A stretch of DNA of 64,000 nucleotides from Kordiimonadaceae bacterium (lineage in GTDB: Bacteria; Pseudomonadota; Alphaproteobacteria; Sphingomonadales; Emcibacteraceae), in assembly GCA_038106445.1 (NCBI GenBank), contig JAYODU010000003.1, positions 120,929 through 184,928 of the forward strand, written 5' to 3'. The translations under genes and the position numbers were made by a program. The notes under the pieces were generated by a model, which worked only from the letters and a program-made list of their open reading frames with translations, was not told the origin of the DNA and searched no databases. Of the stretch, positions 38,593-47,974 are shown piece by piece. Position 1 is the first letter of the stretch, and every line of letters begins with the position of its first letter.

Positions 38593-38803
38593 ATGGAAAA
38601 AGGATCTTGGCTGTTTTTTTAGGACAGTAGAGGATGATGAGGCATATGTCCTGAAAATTGCACGTGAAGAAAAATCATTTCCTGAAATCTGTGAAATATT
38701 GTTTGAACAATATGGCGAGCATGCATCTCATCGTGCGGCCGAATTGTTCCGGGGATGGGTTATGGAAGGGTTGGTTGCCGGCCTTGAATATGCTGATCTT
38801 TAG
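38593..38803 (+). pseudogene. small ORF (about 69 codons) split by a frameshift in a T7 run; function unknown
   Basis: ATG 38593 gives MEKGSWLFF, then TAG. After the T7 run (38614-38620) the +1 frame is open for 61 codons without any start codon (RTVEDDEAYVLKIAREEKSFPEICEILFEQYGEHASHRAAELFRGWVMEGLVAGLEYADL) and ends at TAG 38801-38803. Confidence 0.3.
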
Positions 38804-39237
38804 CTAAGCTCATCAAGCGCCTGCTGCAATGCGTCAAATGGGAGTGTAACACAGGTTTTCCGGCTTCTATGTTCGCGTACAACATTGAATATATCAAGAT
38901 CCTGCCATTTATTTTCCGACCAGTCATTATGATCGGGACCATCTAATTGTGTTATGGCACTATTTATTTTTTGCCGAAGGATTTCCAGTTTTTGTCTATT
39001 AAGGCCTTGAAAATGTTCGCCTAATACGGATGCACTTGCCTGACACAAAGCACATGCCTTTGCTTCATGGGAGAAATCGATAAGGATACCATCCTCAAGT
39101 TTTACGTAAACTTTGATCCGGTCACCACACATTGGATTATGAACCATGACACTATGGTCAGCATTTGCGAGAATGCCATGTCCCGTCGCATTTGCGGCAT
39201 GCCTTAAAATCGTTTTCTGATACAGCTTATCAATCAT
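38800..39237 (-). CDS. NifU-N/IscU/SufU-like Fe-S cluster assembly scaffold protein
   Basis: 145 aa with NPMCGD, a second Cys in EAKACALCQAS, and the typical SufU/IscU-like spacing. Confidence 0.7.
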   Translation of the reverse strand: MIDKLYQKTILRHAANATGHGILANADHSVMVHNPMCGDRIKVYVKLEDGILIDFSHEAKACALCQASASVLGEHFQGLNRQKLEILRQKINSAITQLDGPDHNDWSENKWQDLDIFNVVREHRSRKTCVTLPFDALQQALDELS

Positions 39238-39510
39238 GTCATACGACTAGTATATTCTGCGCTTCATGTCCAGCTTTGCACTACTATCTGTATTGCCGGA
39301 TCACAGAAAACGGACTAACGTGAACCGATTTTCATTGCATTTCCTGCTGATGATGGTAAATTTCTTCAAAATTTAGGGGTAAGAAAAGGGATAACAAAAC
39401 ATAACTGAGCGCAATCAAAATTTCAGGTTTCATCACCTGTCCGGACGTTCTAACACTTTGAAGTTTCTAAATTTTTCACAATAACATTTTTAATAAAAAA
39501 GAGTTTTTAA

Positions 39511-40854
39511 ATGGAAGAATTAATCTTTGACAACAAGATGTTGGTTGCGGCGGTAATACTCACTGTAACCTTCATTGGTATTTTTACCGAGCATGTCCAT
39601 GGATTTCACCGTGCAAAATTCGCCATGGCGGGTGCTGGTGCAATTCTACTGTTCGGTAAGGAAATGGGATTTTACAGCGTTGAAGCAGCATATGAAGCTG
39701 TAGACTGGAACGTTATTTTCCTTCTGGGCTGTATGATGACCATTGTGGCCATTATGATTCCGACAGGTGGTTTTCAGAATATGGCAGTATCCCTGGCCCG
39801 TTACAGTAAAGGCCGATTATATATGATGCTTGTGCTTATTGGTACTGCTGTTACCGTACTAAGTTTACTGCTTGATAACGTGACAACTGTGGTTATATTT
39901 GGCCCATTGATCATTATGATAGCAAGAACGTTGAACGTTTCGCCTGTGCCTTATCTGTTAGCAGCGGCCCTTCTTTCAGACACCGGTGGTGTTGCAACGC
40001 TTGTTGGTGACCCACCAAACCTTATGATTGGATCAGCGGCCGGTATTTCATTTAATACATTCCTTTCCCATATGGGACCCCCTGTACTTGTGGCCTGGCT
40101 TGCAGTGCTTGTTGCTCTAAAATACCTGTTTAAGGAAGAGCTAGCAGAAGAACCCAAAGACTGGCGCGATATTGAGCAAATTCCAATAACCAATAGCCGT
40201 GTGTGGTATTCTGCACTAGGAATTCTTGGTCTTATGACTATTCTGTTTATGATTCACGGGACCATTCATTGGGAACCATGGGAAGTATCAGCATTTGGTC
40301 TGACACTTCTGTTCTTTATCAGCCGTAAAATTGAAGTGGATGAGACACTTGAAACTGTAGAAATGTCACTACTGCTGTTCTTCGTTTCACTCTTTATTTT
40401 GATTGGTGGCGTCGAACACAGTCATTTCCTGGAATATGTGGGTGTTCAAATATTACCAATAGTTCAACAGGATCTTGTACTGGCGGCAATTATTCTGATG
40501 TGGGTTGCAGCTATATTGTCTGCTGCTATTGATAACATTCCGTTTACCGCGGCGATGATTCCAATTATTCTGGGTCTTGAAACCCAGGGTATAAACGTAT
40601 CACCACTTTGGTGGTCGCTTGCGATTGGTGTTGGTATGGGTGGTAACGGTACTCATATCGGTTCGACGGCTAATGTTTATATCGTAACAATTTCAGAACG
40701 TCTTGCTCGTGAGACTGGAAATCCGAAAATGGCGATCTCTCCAGGTCTGTGGATGAGAAAAGGACTTCCTGTCATGCTTCTGACACTTGTCCTGTCCAGC
40801 ATTATGATGGTCGCGTTCTTTGACTGGTTTACAGCGCCTGTAAGCGGCGTCTGA
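39511..40854 (+). CDS. ArsB/NhaD (CitMHS-like) superfamily anion/ion permease
   Basis: 447 aa polytopic membrane protein. Motifs recognised by eye: LLLDNVTTVVIF, LLSDTGGVATLVGDPPNLMIG, IDNIPFTAAMIPI. Confidence 0.65.
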   Translation: MEELIFDNKMLVAAVILTVTFIGIFTEHVHGFHRAKFAMAGAGAILLFGKEMGFYSVEAAYEAVDWNVIFLLGCMMTIVAIMIPTGGFQNMAVSLARYSKGRLYMMLVLIGTAVTVLSLLLDNVTTVVIFGPLIIMIARTLNVSPVPYLLAAALLSDTGGVATLVGDPPNLMIGSAAGISFNTFLSHMGPPVLVAWLAVLVALKYLFKEELAEEPKDWRDIEQIPITNSRVWYSALGILGLMTILFMIHGTIHWEPWEVSAFGLTLLFFISRKIEVDETLETVEMSLLLFFVSLFILIGGVEHSHFLEYVGVQILPIVQQDLVLAAIILMWVAAILSAAIDNIPFTAAMIPIILGLETQGINVSPLWWSLAIGVGMGGNGTHIGSTANVYIVTISERLARETGNPKMAISPGLWMRKGLPVMLLTLVLSSIMMVAFFDWFTAPVSGV

Positions 40855-40878
40855 TCAGGACGATTTAAGATTATTAAG

Positions 40879-40907
40879 ATCCGGCCCATGTGGCCGGATT
40901 TTTTTTG
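40879..40907 (+). terminator. rho-independent terminator after the ArsB/NhaD permease
   Basis: ATCCGGCC / GGCCGGAT stem followed by TTTTTTTT. Confidence 0.8.
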
Positions 40908-41024
40908 ATTTGTTAGTATTTAATCTCCTTTGCTTCATAAATTATCCGGCCTCAATCAAAAAAAAACATTAAACCCTATACGGGCGTGAGGATTCACGAT
41001 AGTCTAATGTCTTAAAAATAATAA

Positions 41025-41039
41025 TGTCATTAAATGACA
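41025..41039. promoter_or_regulatory. perfect 7-1-7 palindrome upstream of the AGCS transporter (candidate operator)
   Basis: TGTCATT A AATGACA, 33 nt upstream of the ATG at 41072. TAATGTC also occurs 17 nt further upstream (41005-41011). Confidence 0.25.
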
Positions 41040-41071
41040 AAATATAGAAATGACGAAAAAAGAGGGATTAC

Positions 41072-42736
41072 ATGTTAGAAGTAAATAATTTTTTGGTGTC
41101 AATAGATAGTTTTATAGGCAGTGCACCGTGGTTTCCATTTTATCTGTTAGGTATTGGTTTATTCTTTACAATTTACCTTAAGGCGCCGCAAATAAGATTT
41201 TTCAGGCATGCCTGGAGTGTTCTTTTTGGTAAGGACAAGGAATTTGAAGAACATAAGGCGCAAGGTGAAACATCCCACTTTCAGGCGATGTCAATGGCAC
41301 TTTCAGGTACTATCGGTACAGGTAACATTGGCGGTGTAGGTCTTGCTATCTATCTTGGGGGACCAGCGGCTATTTTCTGGATGCTGATGACTGCATTTAT
41401 GGGTATGACTACAAAGTTTGTTGAAGTATCACTTTCACATAAATACAGAATTACGACAGAAGATGGAACTGTTGCTGGTGGACCGATGTTCGTCATGGAT
41501 CGTGGCCTTGGCTGGAAGCCGCTTGCGATGATTTTTGCTGCTGCAGTAGCGCTTAGTTCTTTCGGATCAGGCAGTATGCCGCAGGTAAATAATATTGCAC
41601 AGGCAATGCGTGAAACATTTGGAATTGATGCCTGGATGACGGGCATGGTAGCGTCAGTGCTTCTGGGTTTTGTTATTATCGGCGGTGTTAAAAGGATTGC
41701 AAATTTTGCGGCGCGCGTAGTGCCGACGATGGCCGCATTATATTTTATCGGTGCATTATGTGTAATTATTACAAACATTGAAAATATTGTTCCCTCATTC
41801 ATATCAATTTTTTCGGATGCATTCAGCGGCAGTGCGGCCGTAGGAGGGTTCCTTGGCGCTACCTTTGCATTTGCCTTTAATCGTGGGGTTAACAGGGGGC
41901 TTTTTTCAAATGAGGCGGGGCAGGGTTCCTCTGCTATCGCGCATGCTTCTGCGGTTACTGAAGAACCTGTCTCAGAAGGTGTGGTGTCCCTGTTGGAGCC
42001 ATTCATTGATACAATCATGATTTGTACACTTACCGGACTTGTTATTCTATCATCCGGCGTATGGACAGAAAAACACGACAATACTTTCCAGGTGTCTGAT
42101 TTCAGCATCATTGAAGGTAGCTATACTGATACAAATGAGGAAGACAGAACTGCATTATTTGGTCATTTTAATGCTCTTGAAAACTCCATGATTGGGGAAT
42201 ATTCAGGTGAAATCACTGTTTTAAACGGCAAGATGACCAATACAGATGTAACAATTATTAATGCACGTTCTATTGCAGAAGACGTCATGTTTACTATGGA
42301 TGGGCAGCCAATAACAGGCCCGCTGCAAATCAGAGATGGTGATTTAGTTGAGACTAATATTGTAGTCTCCGGTAAATCGCTTATCCATTCAGCAGCACTT
42401 ACCAGCGTCGCATTTACGAAAAGTTTTCTTGGTAATAGTGGGCAGTATATAGTCGCTATATCGCTGGCGCTATTTGCTTTTTCTACGGCGGTTGCCTGGT
42501 CCTACTACGGGGACCGTGCCATAACATATTTATTTGGCCAAAAGGGTGTTATGCCGTACAGGATCGTTTATGTTATTGGCTTTTTCGTTGCTTCTATTGC
42601 TGATACAACCGTAATTTGGACATTCGCGGCCATCACGGTCGCTTTCATGACGATACCGAATGTGATTTGTATGTTTGTTATGCGTAAAGAAGTAAAAAGC
42701 ATGGTAAATGACTACGCGCAAAAAATAGGTAAATAA
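41072..42736 (+). CDS. alanine/glycine:cation symporter (AGCS family) with an extra hydrophilic insertion
   Basis: AGCS signature [29 protein letters not shown], and [13 protein letters not shown]. 554 aa, with residues 332-438 hydrophilic. Confidence 0.85.
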   Translation: MLEVNNFLVSIDSFIGSAPWFPFYLLGIGLFFTIYLKAPQIRFFRHAWSVLFGKDKEFEEHKAQGETSHFQAMSMALSGTIGTGNIGGVGLAIYLGGPAAIFWMLMTAFMGMTTKFVEVSLSHKYRITTEDGTVAGGPMFVMDRGLGWKPLAMIFAAAVALSSFGSGSMPQVNNIAQAMRETFGIDAWMTGMVASVLLGFVIIGGVKRIANFAARVVPTMAALYFIGALCVIITNIENIVPSFISIFSDAFSGSAAVGGFLGATFAFAFNRGVNRGLFSNEAGQGSSAIAHASAVTEEPVSEGVVSLLEPFIDTIMICTLTGLVILSSGVWTEKHDNTFQVSDFSIIEGSYTDTNEEDRTALFGHFNALENSMIGEYSGEITVLNGKMTNTDVTIINARSIAEDVMFTMDGQPITGPLQIRDGDLVETNIVVSGKSLIHSAALTSVAFTKSFLGNSGQYIVAISLALFAFSTAVAWSYYGDRAITYLFGQKGVMPYRIVYVIGFFVASIADTTVIWTFAAITVAFMTIPNVICMFVMRKEVKSMVNDYAQKIGK

Positions 42737-42759
42737 AATTTTCTATAAGCTATAGGTAT

Positions 42760-42790
42760 AAGGGCAGGTCTAATTCCTGCCCTTTATGTT
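42760..42790 (+). terminator. rho-independent terminator after the AGCS transporter
   Basis: AAGGGCAGG / CCTGCCCTT stem followed by TATGTTT. Confidence 0.7.
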
Positions 42791-43094
42791 TAAATGAAGC
42801 ATACTTTTACCGTGTACTAAATTTAACTATTTATTAATAAATTGACTTCTACTATTGTTGGAGTAATAGTAATATTTTGATTTTAAGGTTGTTTTTTAAT
42901 AAACTTTTATATGGAAACGGGTGTGATTAATCTAAGTTCGCCTGTTGACGATGAAATTGGGAATTACTGCTGATATATTGGGCAAGCTTTACTTAAAATA
43001 TTGAATAAAACCGATTGTATAGAATCGGAGGACTGAATTAGAGTAAAGCTAAAGTATTGGTTTAGTATTTATTAAGAATGGGAAGTTCGAGAAG

Positions 43095-43706
43095 ATGAGT
43101 AGTAGCGCGATTAAAGGTTTGACTACTGACGATAATAAAGAATTAAAAAGTGGTTCTGCGAATGTTTCTGAAGATAAAAGCTCTACTTCAGTATCCGAAC
43201 ATTTTGATGAAATTTCCGGTTCTATTAAGTGGTTTGATGATGTTAAAGGCTACGGCTTCATAGAAGCTGAAGACGATGCAAACAAAAGTAAAGGGGATAT
43301 TCTGGTACATTTTTCAATTCTGAAAGAACATGAAAGAGGATCGCTGCCCGAAGGTACCAAAGTAACCTGTCTTTCTGCAAACCGCCCAAAGGGCCGTCAG
43401 GCTGTTAAAATTCTTACCTATGATCTTAGTACAGCTGTTGAGAAAGCTGAACCCGAACATAAATTTGTTGTCGATGATGAAAAATATTCTGACGAAGATT
43501 ATGTAGAAGTCGTTGTTAAATGGTTTAACAAAGTACGGGGTTACGGATTTGTAAATCGTGGTGATGGTGGACAGGATATATTTGTTCATATGGAAGTTCT
43601 GCGTCACTATGAAATGGACCAGCTTGTTCCAGGGCAGGAACTATCAGTTGTGATTGAGGATGGCGAACGTGGCCTTATGGTCAGTGCAATTAAAAAAGAC
43701 TCCTAA
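43095..43706 (+). CDS. cold-shock domain protein with two CSDs
   Basis: Two copies of the CSD RNP1-like motif (IKWFDDVKGYGFI and VKWFNKVRGYGFV), each followed by FVH/VHF. A Ser-rich N-terminal tail makes the exact start uncertain. Confidence 0.85.
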   Translation: MSSSAIKGLTTDDNKELKSGSANVSEDKSSTSVSEHFDEISGSIKWFDDVKGYGFIEAEDDANKSKGDILVHFSILKEHERGSLPEGTKVTCLSANRPKGRQAVKILTYDLSTAVEKAEPEHKFVVDDEKYSDEDYVEVVVKWFNKVRGYGFVNRGDGGQDIFVHMEVLRHYEMDQLVPGQELSVVIEDGERGLMVSAIKKDS

Positions 43707-43834
43707 CAATCCGCCTTGCATCTTTTTATTCGCTAAATAGTCTGTAAATTCGCAAATTTTGCTAAAAATAGCCTTTATATTGCCTTTCTTTGATGTAAAA
43801 GTAACATAAAATATAAGTCCTGAGAGGAAAGAGT

Positions 43835-44347
43835 ATGAATTTCAGCGGTTTTGCGAATGGTGCGCGATTACATTTTGTTCGTATACATATCTACATGTTT
43901 CTTGGTCTGGTGTTTTCGTTGGTTCTTGCTACTTCATTGGCAAATGCACAGGCAATATTTCCAAAAGACGAACTATCAATAAAAACATCTGACGCTAAAT
44001 ATGATTTTTATATTGAGTTGGCGGTTGATGACAGTCATCGCCAGTATGGATTGATGTTCAGGACGGAATTGCCGGAAATGAATGGCATGCTCTTTATATA
44101 TGATGAAGAAAGAGATCTTGCAATGTGGATGAAAAATACTTTTATTCCACTTGATATTCTTTTTGCTGATGAGGATGGTATTATTATCAATATTGCAAAA
44201 TCCACGCAGCCGCGCTCATTGGACAGAATTTCTTCAAAAGGCAGAGCTAAAGCAGTTCTTGAGTTAAATGGTGGTCTTACGGATAAGCTGGGTATTATGG
44301 TCGGCGACGTGATCATACATGAGACTTTTGAAAATACTGAAAAATAG
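43835..44347 (+). CDS. DUF192 (COG1430) family protein, secreted
   Basis: Signal-like N-terminus, then RQYGLMFRTELPEMNGMLFIY....AMWMKNTFIPLDILF, typical of DUF192. Confidence 0.75.
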   Translation: MNFSGFANGARLHFVRIHIYMFLGLVFSLVLATSLANAQAIFPKDELSIKTSDAKYDFYIELAVDDSHRQYGLMFRTELPEMNGMLFIYDEERDLAMWMKNTFIPLDILFADEDGIIINIAKSTQPRSLDRISSKGRAKAVLELNGGLTDKLGIMVGDVIIHETFENTEK

Positions 44348-44436
44348 CTACTTTTACTAAAATAACTCTTGCGCGATATTCCGTGATCGCGTATTAACCC
44401 AACCACTATTTGTTTTTACAAATTGCCTTATCCGGT

Positions 44437-44513
44437 CGGGGAGTGGCGCAGTCTGGTAGCGCACCTGTTTTGGGTACAGGGGGTCGCAAGTTCGAATCTT
44501 GTCTCCCCGACCA
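44437..44513 (+). tRNA. tRNA-Pro (anticodon UGG)
   Basis: The cloverleaf folds by hand. Acceptor CGGGGAG/CTCCCCG, D-arm GCGC/GCGC, anticodon arm CCTGT-TTTGGGT-ACAGG, T-arm GCAAG-TTCGAAT-CTTGT, discriminator A, encoded CCA. 77 nt. Confidence 0.95.
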
Positions 44514-44526
44514 TCTTTCAAAAATA

Positions 44527-45103
44527 TCAGATAATTGATTTATAGAGCTCGTATTGCCTAACGGCGACATCCGACCATCTGTACTGGCTAACAGTTTCAG
44601 ATACCGTGGTTCGGTCAAAGTCAAGTTCGTCGAGGTTTTCCAAAGCATCCATCAATTCATATTCATCACAGTTTGATACCAAGCCGGTCCCTGGCGATGA
44701 AAACTTCGTTTTTGGCTTTATCGTGTATTGCATAGGCAAACATACCACGAATGCGTTCAACGCTTTTTGGCCCCCAGGCGTGATAAGCTTGAAGGATCAC
44801 CTCTGTATCGCTGCTTGTGCTGATATGATATCCAATGGATTTCAGTTCTTCCCTTAATTCCAGAAAATTATAGATTTCGCCGTTATATGTAATGGATACA
44901 CGGTCGTCTGCTGTGATCATTGGCTGATGACCGCCAGCAAGGTCAATAATAGATAGTCTTCGATGACCAAAAGCAACACCACCTGAGAAATAATCACCCG
45001 AGCCATCAGGCCCACGATGCTCAATTATATTGGTCATTTCTGTCAGCAGGTCTTTTGATGGTGTAATGCCTGCTAGATTAATAATTCCTGCGATACCGCA
45101 CAT
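44527..45103 (-). pseudogene. chimeric remnant: N-terminal 145 aa of glutamine-dependent asparagine synthetase (AsnB-like) joined out of frame to the last ~45 codons of a glycosyltransferase-like gene
   Basis: MCGIAGII...HRGPDGSG..FGHRRLSIIDL.GGHQPM...YNGEIYN...ARDRLGIK is the Ntn GATase domain of AsnB and stops at 44666, whereas full AsnB is about 600 aa. The overlapping frame ends ...[43 protein letters not shown] at 44527, which looks like the C-terminus of a GT4 glycosyltransferase. Confidence 0.6.
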
Positions 45104-45207
45104 TTTAAATATTGCCCCGGATATAAGTCATTATATTTGCGTTCATAGTAAAGAATATATTAAGTTAGGAAAAGATATTATGAGATCATGATTAAGGAAT
45201 AATTACT

Positions 45208-46275
45208 TTGCCCGATATTAGTGTTACTCAGTCTAAAATCCCTCTTTCCATTGAATGGAAAGGTAGGGAATTATTTCTACTGGATCAAACATTACTCCCT
45301 CATGAACAGGTGATGGAAAAGCAGGAAACTGTGGAGCAGGTCTGGCATTCCATTAAAATATTAAAAGTACGTGGTGCCCCTGCTATTGGAATAGCGGCAG
45401 CATATGGCCTTTGTGTGGCGGTTAAGGACTATATTAAATACCCTCTAGATCAGTTTAAAATTCTGGTGTCTGACAAGGCTGCCTATCTGGATACGGCACG
45501 TCCAACTGCTGTCAATTTAAGCTGGGCTCTGCAGCGTATGTTAAAACTGCTTAATCGTGATCTTCAAAGTGGTGAAGACTTATATGATGCATTAGTTCAT
45601 GAAGCGGAAACAATTCATGAAGAGGATAAAGCCATTTGCAAGGGTATTGGAAAACAGGGGGCTGAGCTGATCAAGGATGGCATGGGGATAATGACACATT
45701 GTAATGCCGGGGCACTCGCAACGTCCATTCTGGGCACGGCGACGTCACTTATGTATGTTGCGCACAATCAGAATAAAAAATTTAAAGTTTTTGCCAACGA
45801 AACAAGACCACTTTTTCAGGGAGCCCGGCTGACAGCATGGGAACTTGGGAGGGCAGGTATAGATGTTACATTAATTACAGATAATATGGCAGCTCATATG
45901 ATGGCAACGGGACATATTGATCTGGTCGTCGTCGGGACGGATCGGGTCGTTGCAAATGGTGATGTCGCAAATAAAATTGGGACACTTGGTGTTGCTATTT
46001 TAGCAAAACATTATGGTATCCCGTTTTACGTCGCCTGTCCGTCTTCAACGATTGATATGAATATCAGGAATGGTAATGATATTCCGATTGAGGAAAGAGA
46101 CGGTGCTGAAATAACAACAATTATGGGGCAGAAAATTGCAGAAGAGGGCACGGCAACAAGAAGCCCGGCTTTTGATATAACACCGCATGAAATGGTCAGC
46201 GGTATCATTACGGAAAGAAAAATTATCCGTGCGCCATATAATCAAGGGTTAAGAGAATTTTTTAAGGGAAAATAA
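45208..46275 (+). CDS. mtnA: S-methyl-5-thioribose-1-phosphate isomerase
   Basis: eIF-2B alpha/beta/delta-family motifs VRGAPAIGIAAAYG, NETRPLFQGARLTAWEL, GTDRVVANGDVANKIGT. TTG start taken from the track. Confidence 0.85.
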   Translation: MPDISVTQSKIPLSIEWKGRELFLLDQTLLPHEQVMEKQETVEQVWHSIKILKVRGAPAIGIAAAYGLCVAVKDYIKYPLDQFKILVSDKAAYLDTARPTAVNLSWALQRMLKLLNRDLQSGEDLYDALVHEAETIHEEDKAICKGIGKQGAELIKDGMGIMTHCNAGALATSILGTATSLMYVAHNQNKKFKVFANETRPLFQGARLTAWELGRAGIDVTLITDNMAAHMMATGHIDLVVVGTDRVVANGDVANKIGTLGVAILAKHYGIPFYVACPSSTIDMNIRNGNDIPIEERDGAEITTIMGQKIAEEGTATRSPAFDITPHEMVSGIITERKIIRAPYNQGLREFFKGK

Positions 46276-46276
46276 C

Positions 46277-47875
46277 ATGAAAAAAATTACGCTGTTTATA
46301 CTTTGCATTTTATTTGTGACCTCATGTGGGGAGCAGTTACAACAGAAAGAAAGCAAACAGAAAAATGATATTCATAATTTTGAACTGGATGAAATTACAG
46401 TAGCTGACCTCAATAAAGCGTATGATAATGGGACATATACTGCAAGGGCGGTTACCGAACTTTATATCGCGCGCATTGATGCACTGAATAAAAAAGGACC
46501 CCATCTGAATGCCGTAATTGCCATAAATCCTGATGCTCTTGAAATTGCAGATGCACTTGATGCCGAAAGGGCATCAAGCGGCCCACGAAGCCAGTTACAC
46601 GGTATACCTGTTCTTTTAAAAGATAATATAGATACCATGGATAATATGCCCACTACGGCCGGTTCGATAGCACTTATTGAAAATTATGCGGCCTCTGATG
46701 CGCCGATGGTTGCTAGCCTGCGTGCGGCAGGTGCCATTATTCTAGGCAAAACAAACTTAAGCGAGTGGGCGAATTTCAGATCAACAAACAGTTCTAGCGG
46801 ATGGAGCGGGGTTGGTGGGCAAACACGTAATCCTTATTTGCTTACGGCAAATACATGTGGTTCAAGTTCAGGTTCTGGTGCTGCGGCGGCAGCGAACATG
46901 GCGACATTGACGATTGGTACCGAAACGGACGGTTCCGTTGTCTGCCCGTCTGCTTATAACGGTATTGTGGGTATTAAGCCCACAGTCGGGTTGGTTAGTC
47001 GTACAGGTATTATCCCCATTGCAGAAACACAGGATACAGCGGGGCCGATGACCCGCACAGTTGCTGATGCAGCATATCTTCTTACAGCGATGGTGAGCCA
47101 GAATGCTGATGATCCCAGAACAATGGAACAACCCGCGACTAAAATCAATTATGGTCAACATTTAAAATCGGACGGCCTTTCAGGAAAAAGAATTGGCGTC
47201 ATCAGATCTCCATTCAGAATGCATGCAAAGCTAGCACCAATATTTGATAAAAGCATTGAAGTAATAAAAAATGGTGGTGCCATTATTATTGATAATCTTG
47301 AATTTGATGATAGTGATGCTATCGGTGATGCAGAATATGAAGTGCTATTATATGAATTCAAATATTATCTGAATGCCTACCTTGAAAAGACACCAGAAGC
47401 AGTGAAAAGCAGGACATTAGAAGATTTAATTGCTTTTAATAGTGTCAATGAGGGGCGCGAAATGCCCTATTTCAATCAGGAAATATTTATAAGTGCGAAT
47501 GAGAAGGGATCATTAAATGATGAAGCCTATATCAAAGCACTCAATGATAGTAATATTGCGATGCAACGGGCAATAAATAAGTTGATGGATGAACATGATC
47601 TTGATCTGCTCGTTATGCCATCAAGAAATCCGGCCAATAGCCAGGACGTAATCAATGGTGATCATCCCAGTGGTGGGGGGACATCGTCTTATGCTGCGGT
47701 TAGCGGTTATCCGTCCATTACAGTTCCTATGGGATATATTCATGGACTTCCCGTTTCATTGTCATTTACGGGTCGTGCTTATTCAGAAGCCATAATGATT
47801 GAGGCAGCTTATGCATATGAGCAGGCAAGCAAAGCGCGGCAAAAACCGAAATTTTTAGACTATATATATGAATAA
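46277..47875 (+). CDS. amidase-signature (AS) family amidase, lipoprotein
   Basis: Lipobox LFVTSC. AS signature GSSSGSGAAAAANMATLTIGTETDGSVVCPS (Ser-cisSer-Lys family), and GIPVLLKDNID. Confidence 0.85.
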   Translation: MKKITLFILCILFVTSCGEQLQQKESKQKNDIHNFELDEITVADLNKAYDNGTYTARAVTELYIARIDALNKKGPHLNAVIAINPDALEIADALDAERASSGPRSQLHGIPVLLKDNIDTMDNMPTTAGSIALIENYAASDAPMVASLRAAGAIILGKTNLSEWANFRSTNSSSGWSGVGGQTRNPYLLTANTCGSSSGSGAAAAANMATLTIGTETDGSVVCPSAYNGIVGIKPTVGLVSRTGIIPIAETQDTAGPMTRTVADAAYLLTAMVSQNADDPRTMEQPATKINYGQHLKSDGLSGKRIGVIRSPFRMHAKLAPIFDKSIEVIKNGGAIIIDNLEFDDSDAIGDAEYEVLLYEFKYYLNAYLEKTPEAVKSRTLEDLIAFNSVNEGREMPYFNQEIFISANEKGSLNDEAYIKALNDSNIAMQRAINKLMDEHDLDLLVMPSRNPANSQDVINGDHPSGGGTSSYAAVSGYPSITVPMGYIHGLPVSLSFTGRAYSEAIMIEAAYAYEQASKARQKPKFLDYIYE

Positions 47876-47974
47876 TATTTAATGAAATTATTTTGGAGGT
47901 GACGGTTAATAATATGAGAAATTATTATTTTTAACCATCAAGATAATCAATGGACTGAGCAAAATTTTTGCTGC

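Noticed and set aside
42737-43094. The 358-bp AT-rich region upstream of the two-CSD cold-shock gene, with small hairpins (TACTATT/AATAGTA, CCGATT/AATCGG), as a possible sRNA.
   Set aside because: Long structured 5' UTRs are normal for cold-shock genes. The hairpins are short (6-7 bp), and there is no clear promoter-plus-terminator pair defining an independent RNA.
44406-44648. 80-aa minus-strand ORF overlapping tRNA-Pro.
   Set aside because: It is antisense to a perfectly folding tRNA gene and has no protein-like motifs. It is an artefact of ORF calling.
44437-47875. A mobile genetic element or integrase next to tRNA-Pro.
   Set aside because: No integrase, transposase, or phage or conjugation gene is present downstream (mtnA and the amidase follow). 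No direct repeat of the tRNA 3' end was spotted by eye. Only the decayed remnant is reported.
47876-47974. Possible terminator hairpins between the convergent amidase and phoU genes.
   Set aside because: Only imperfect AT-rich pairings were found (GGTTAATAAT…ATTATTTTTAACC; AGCAAAA/TTTTGCT with essentially no loop). They are too weak to annotate.
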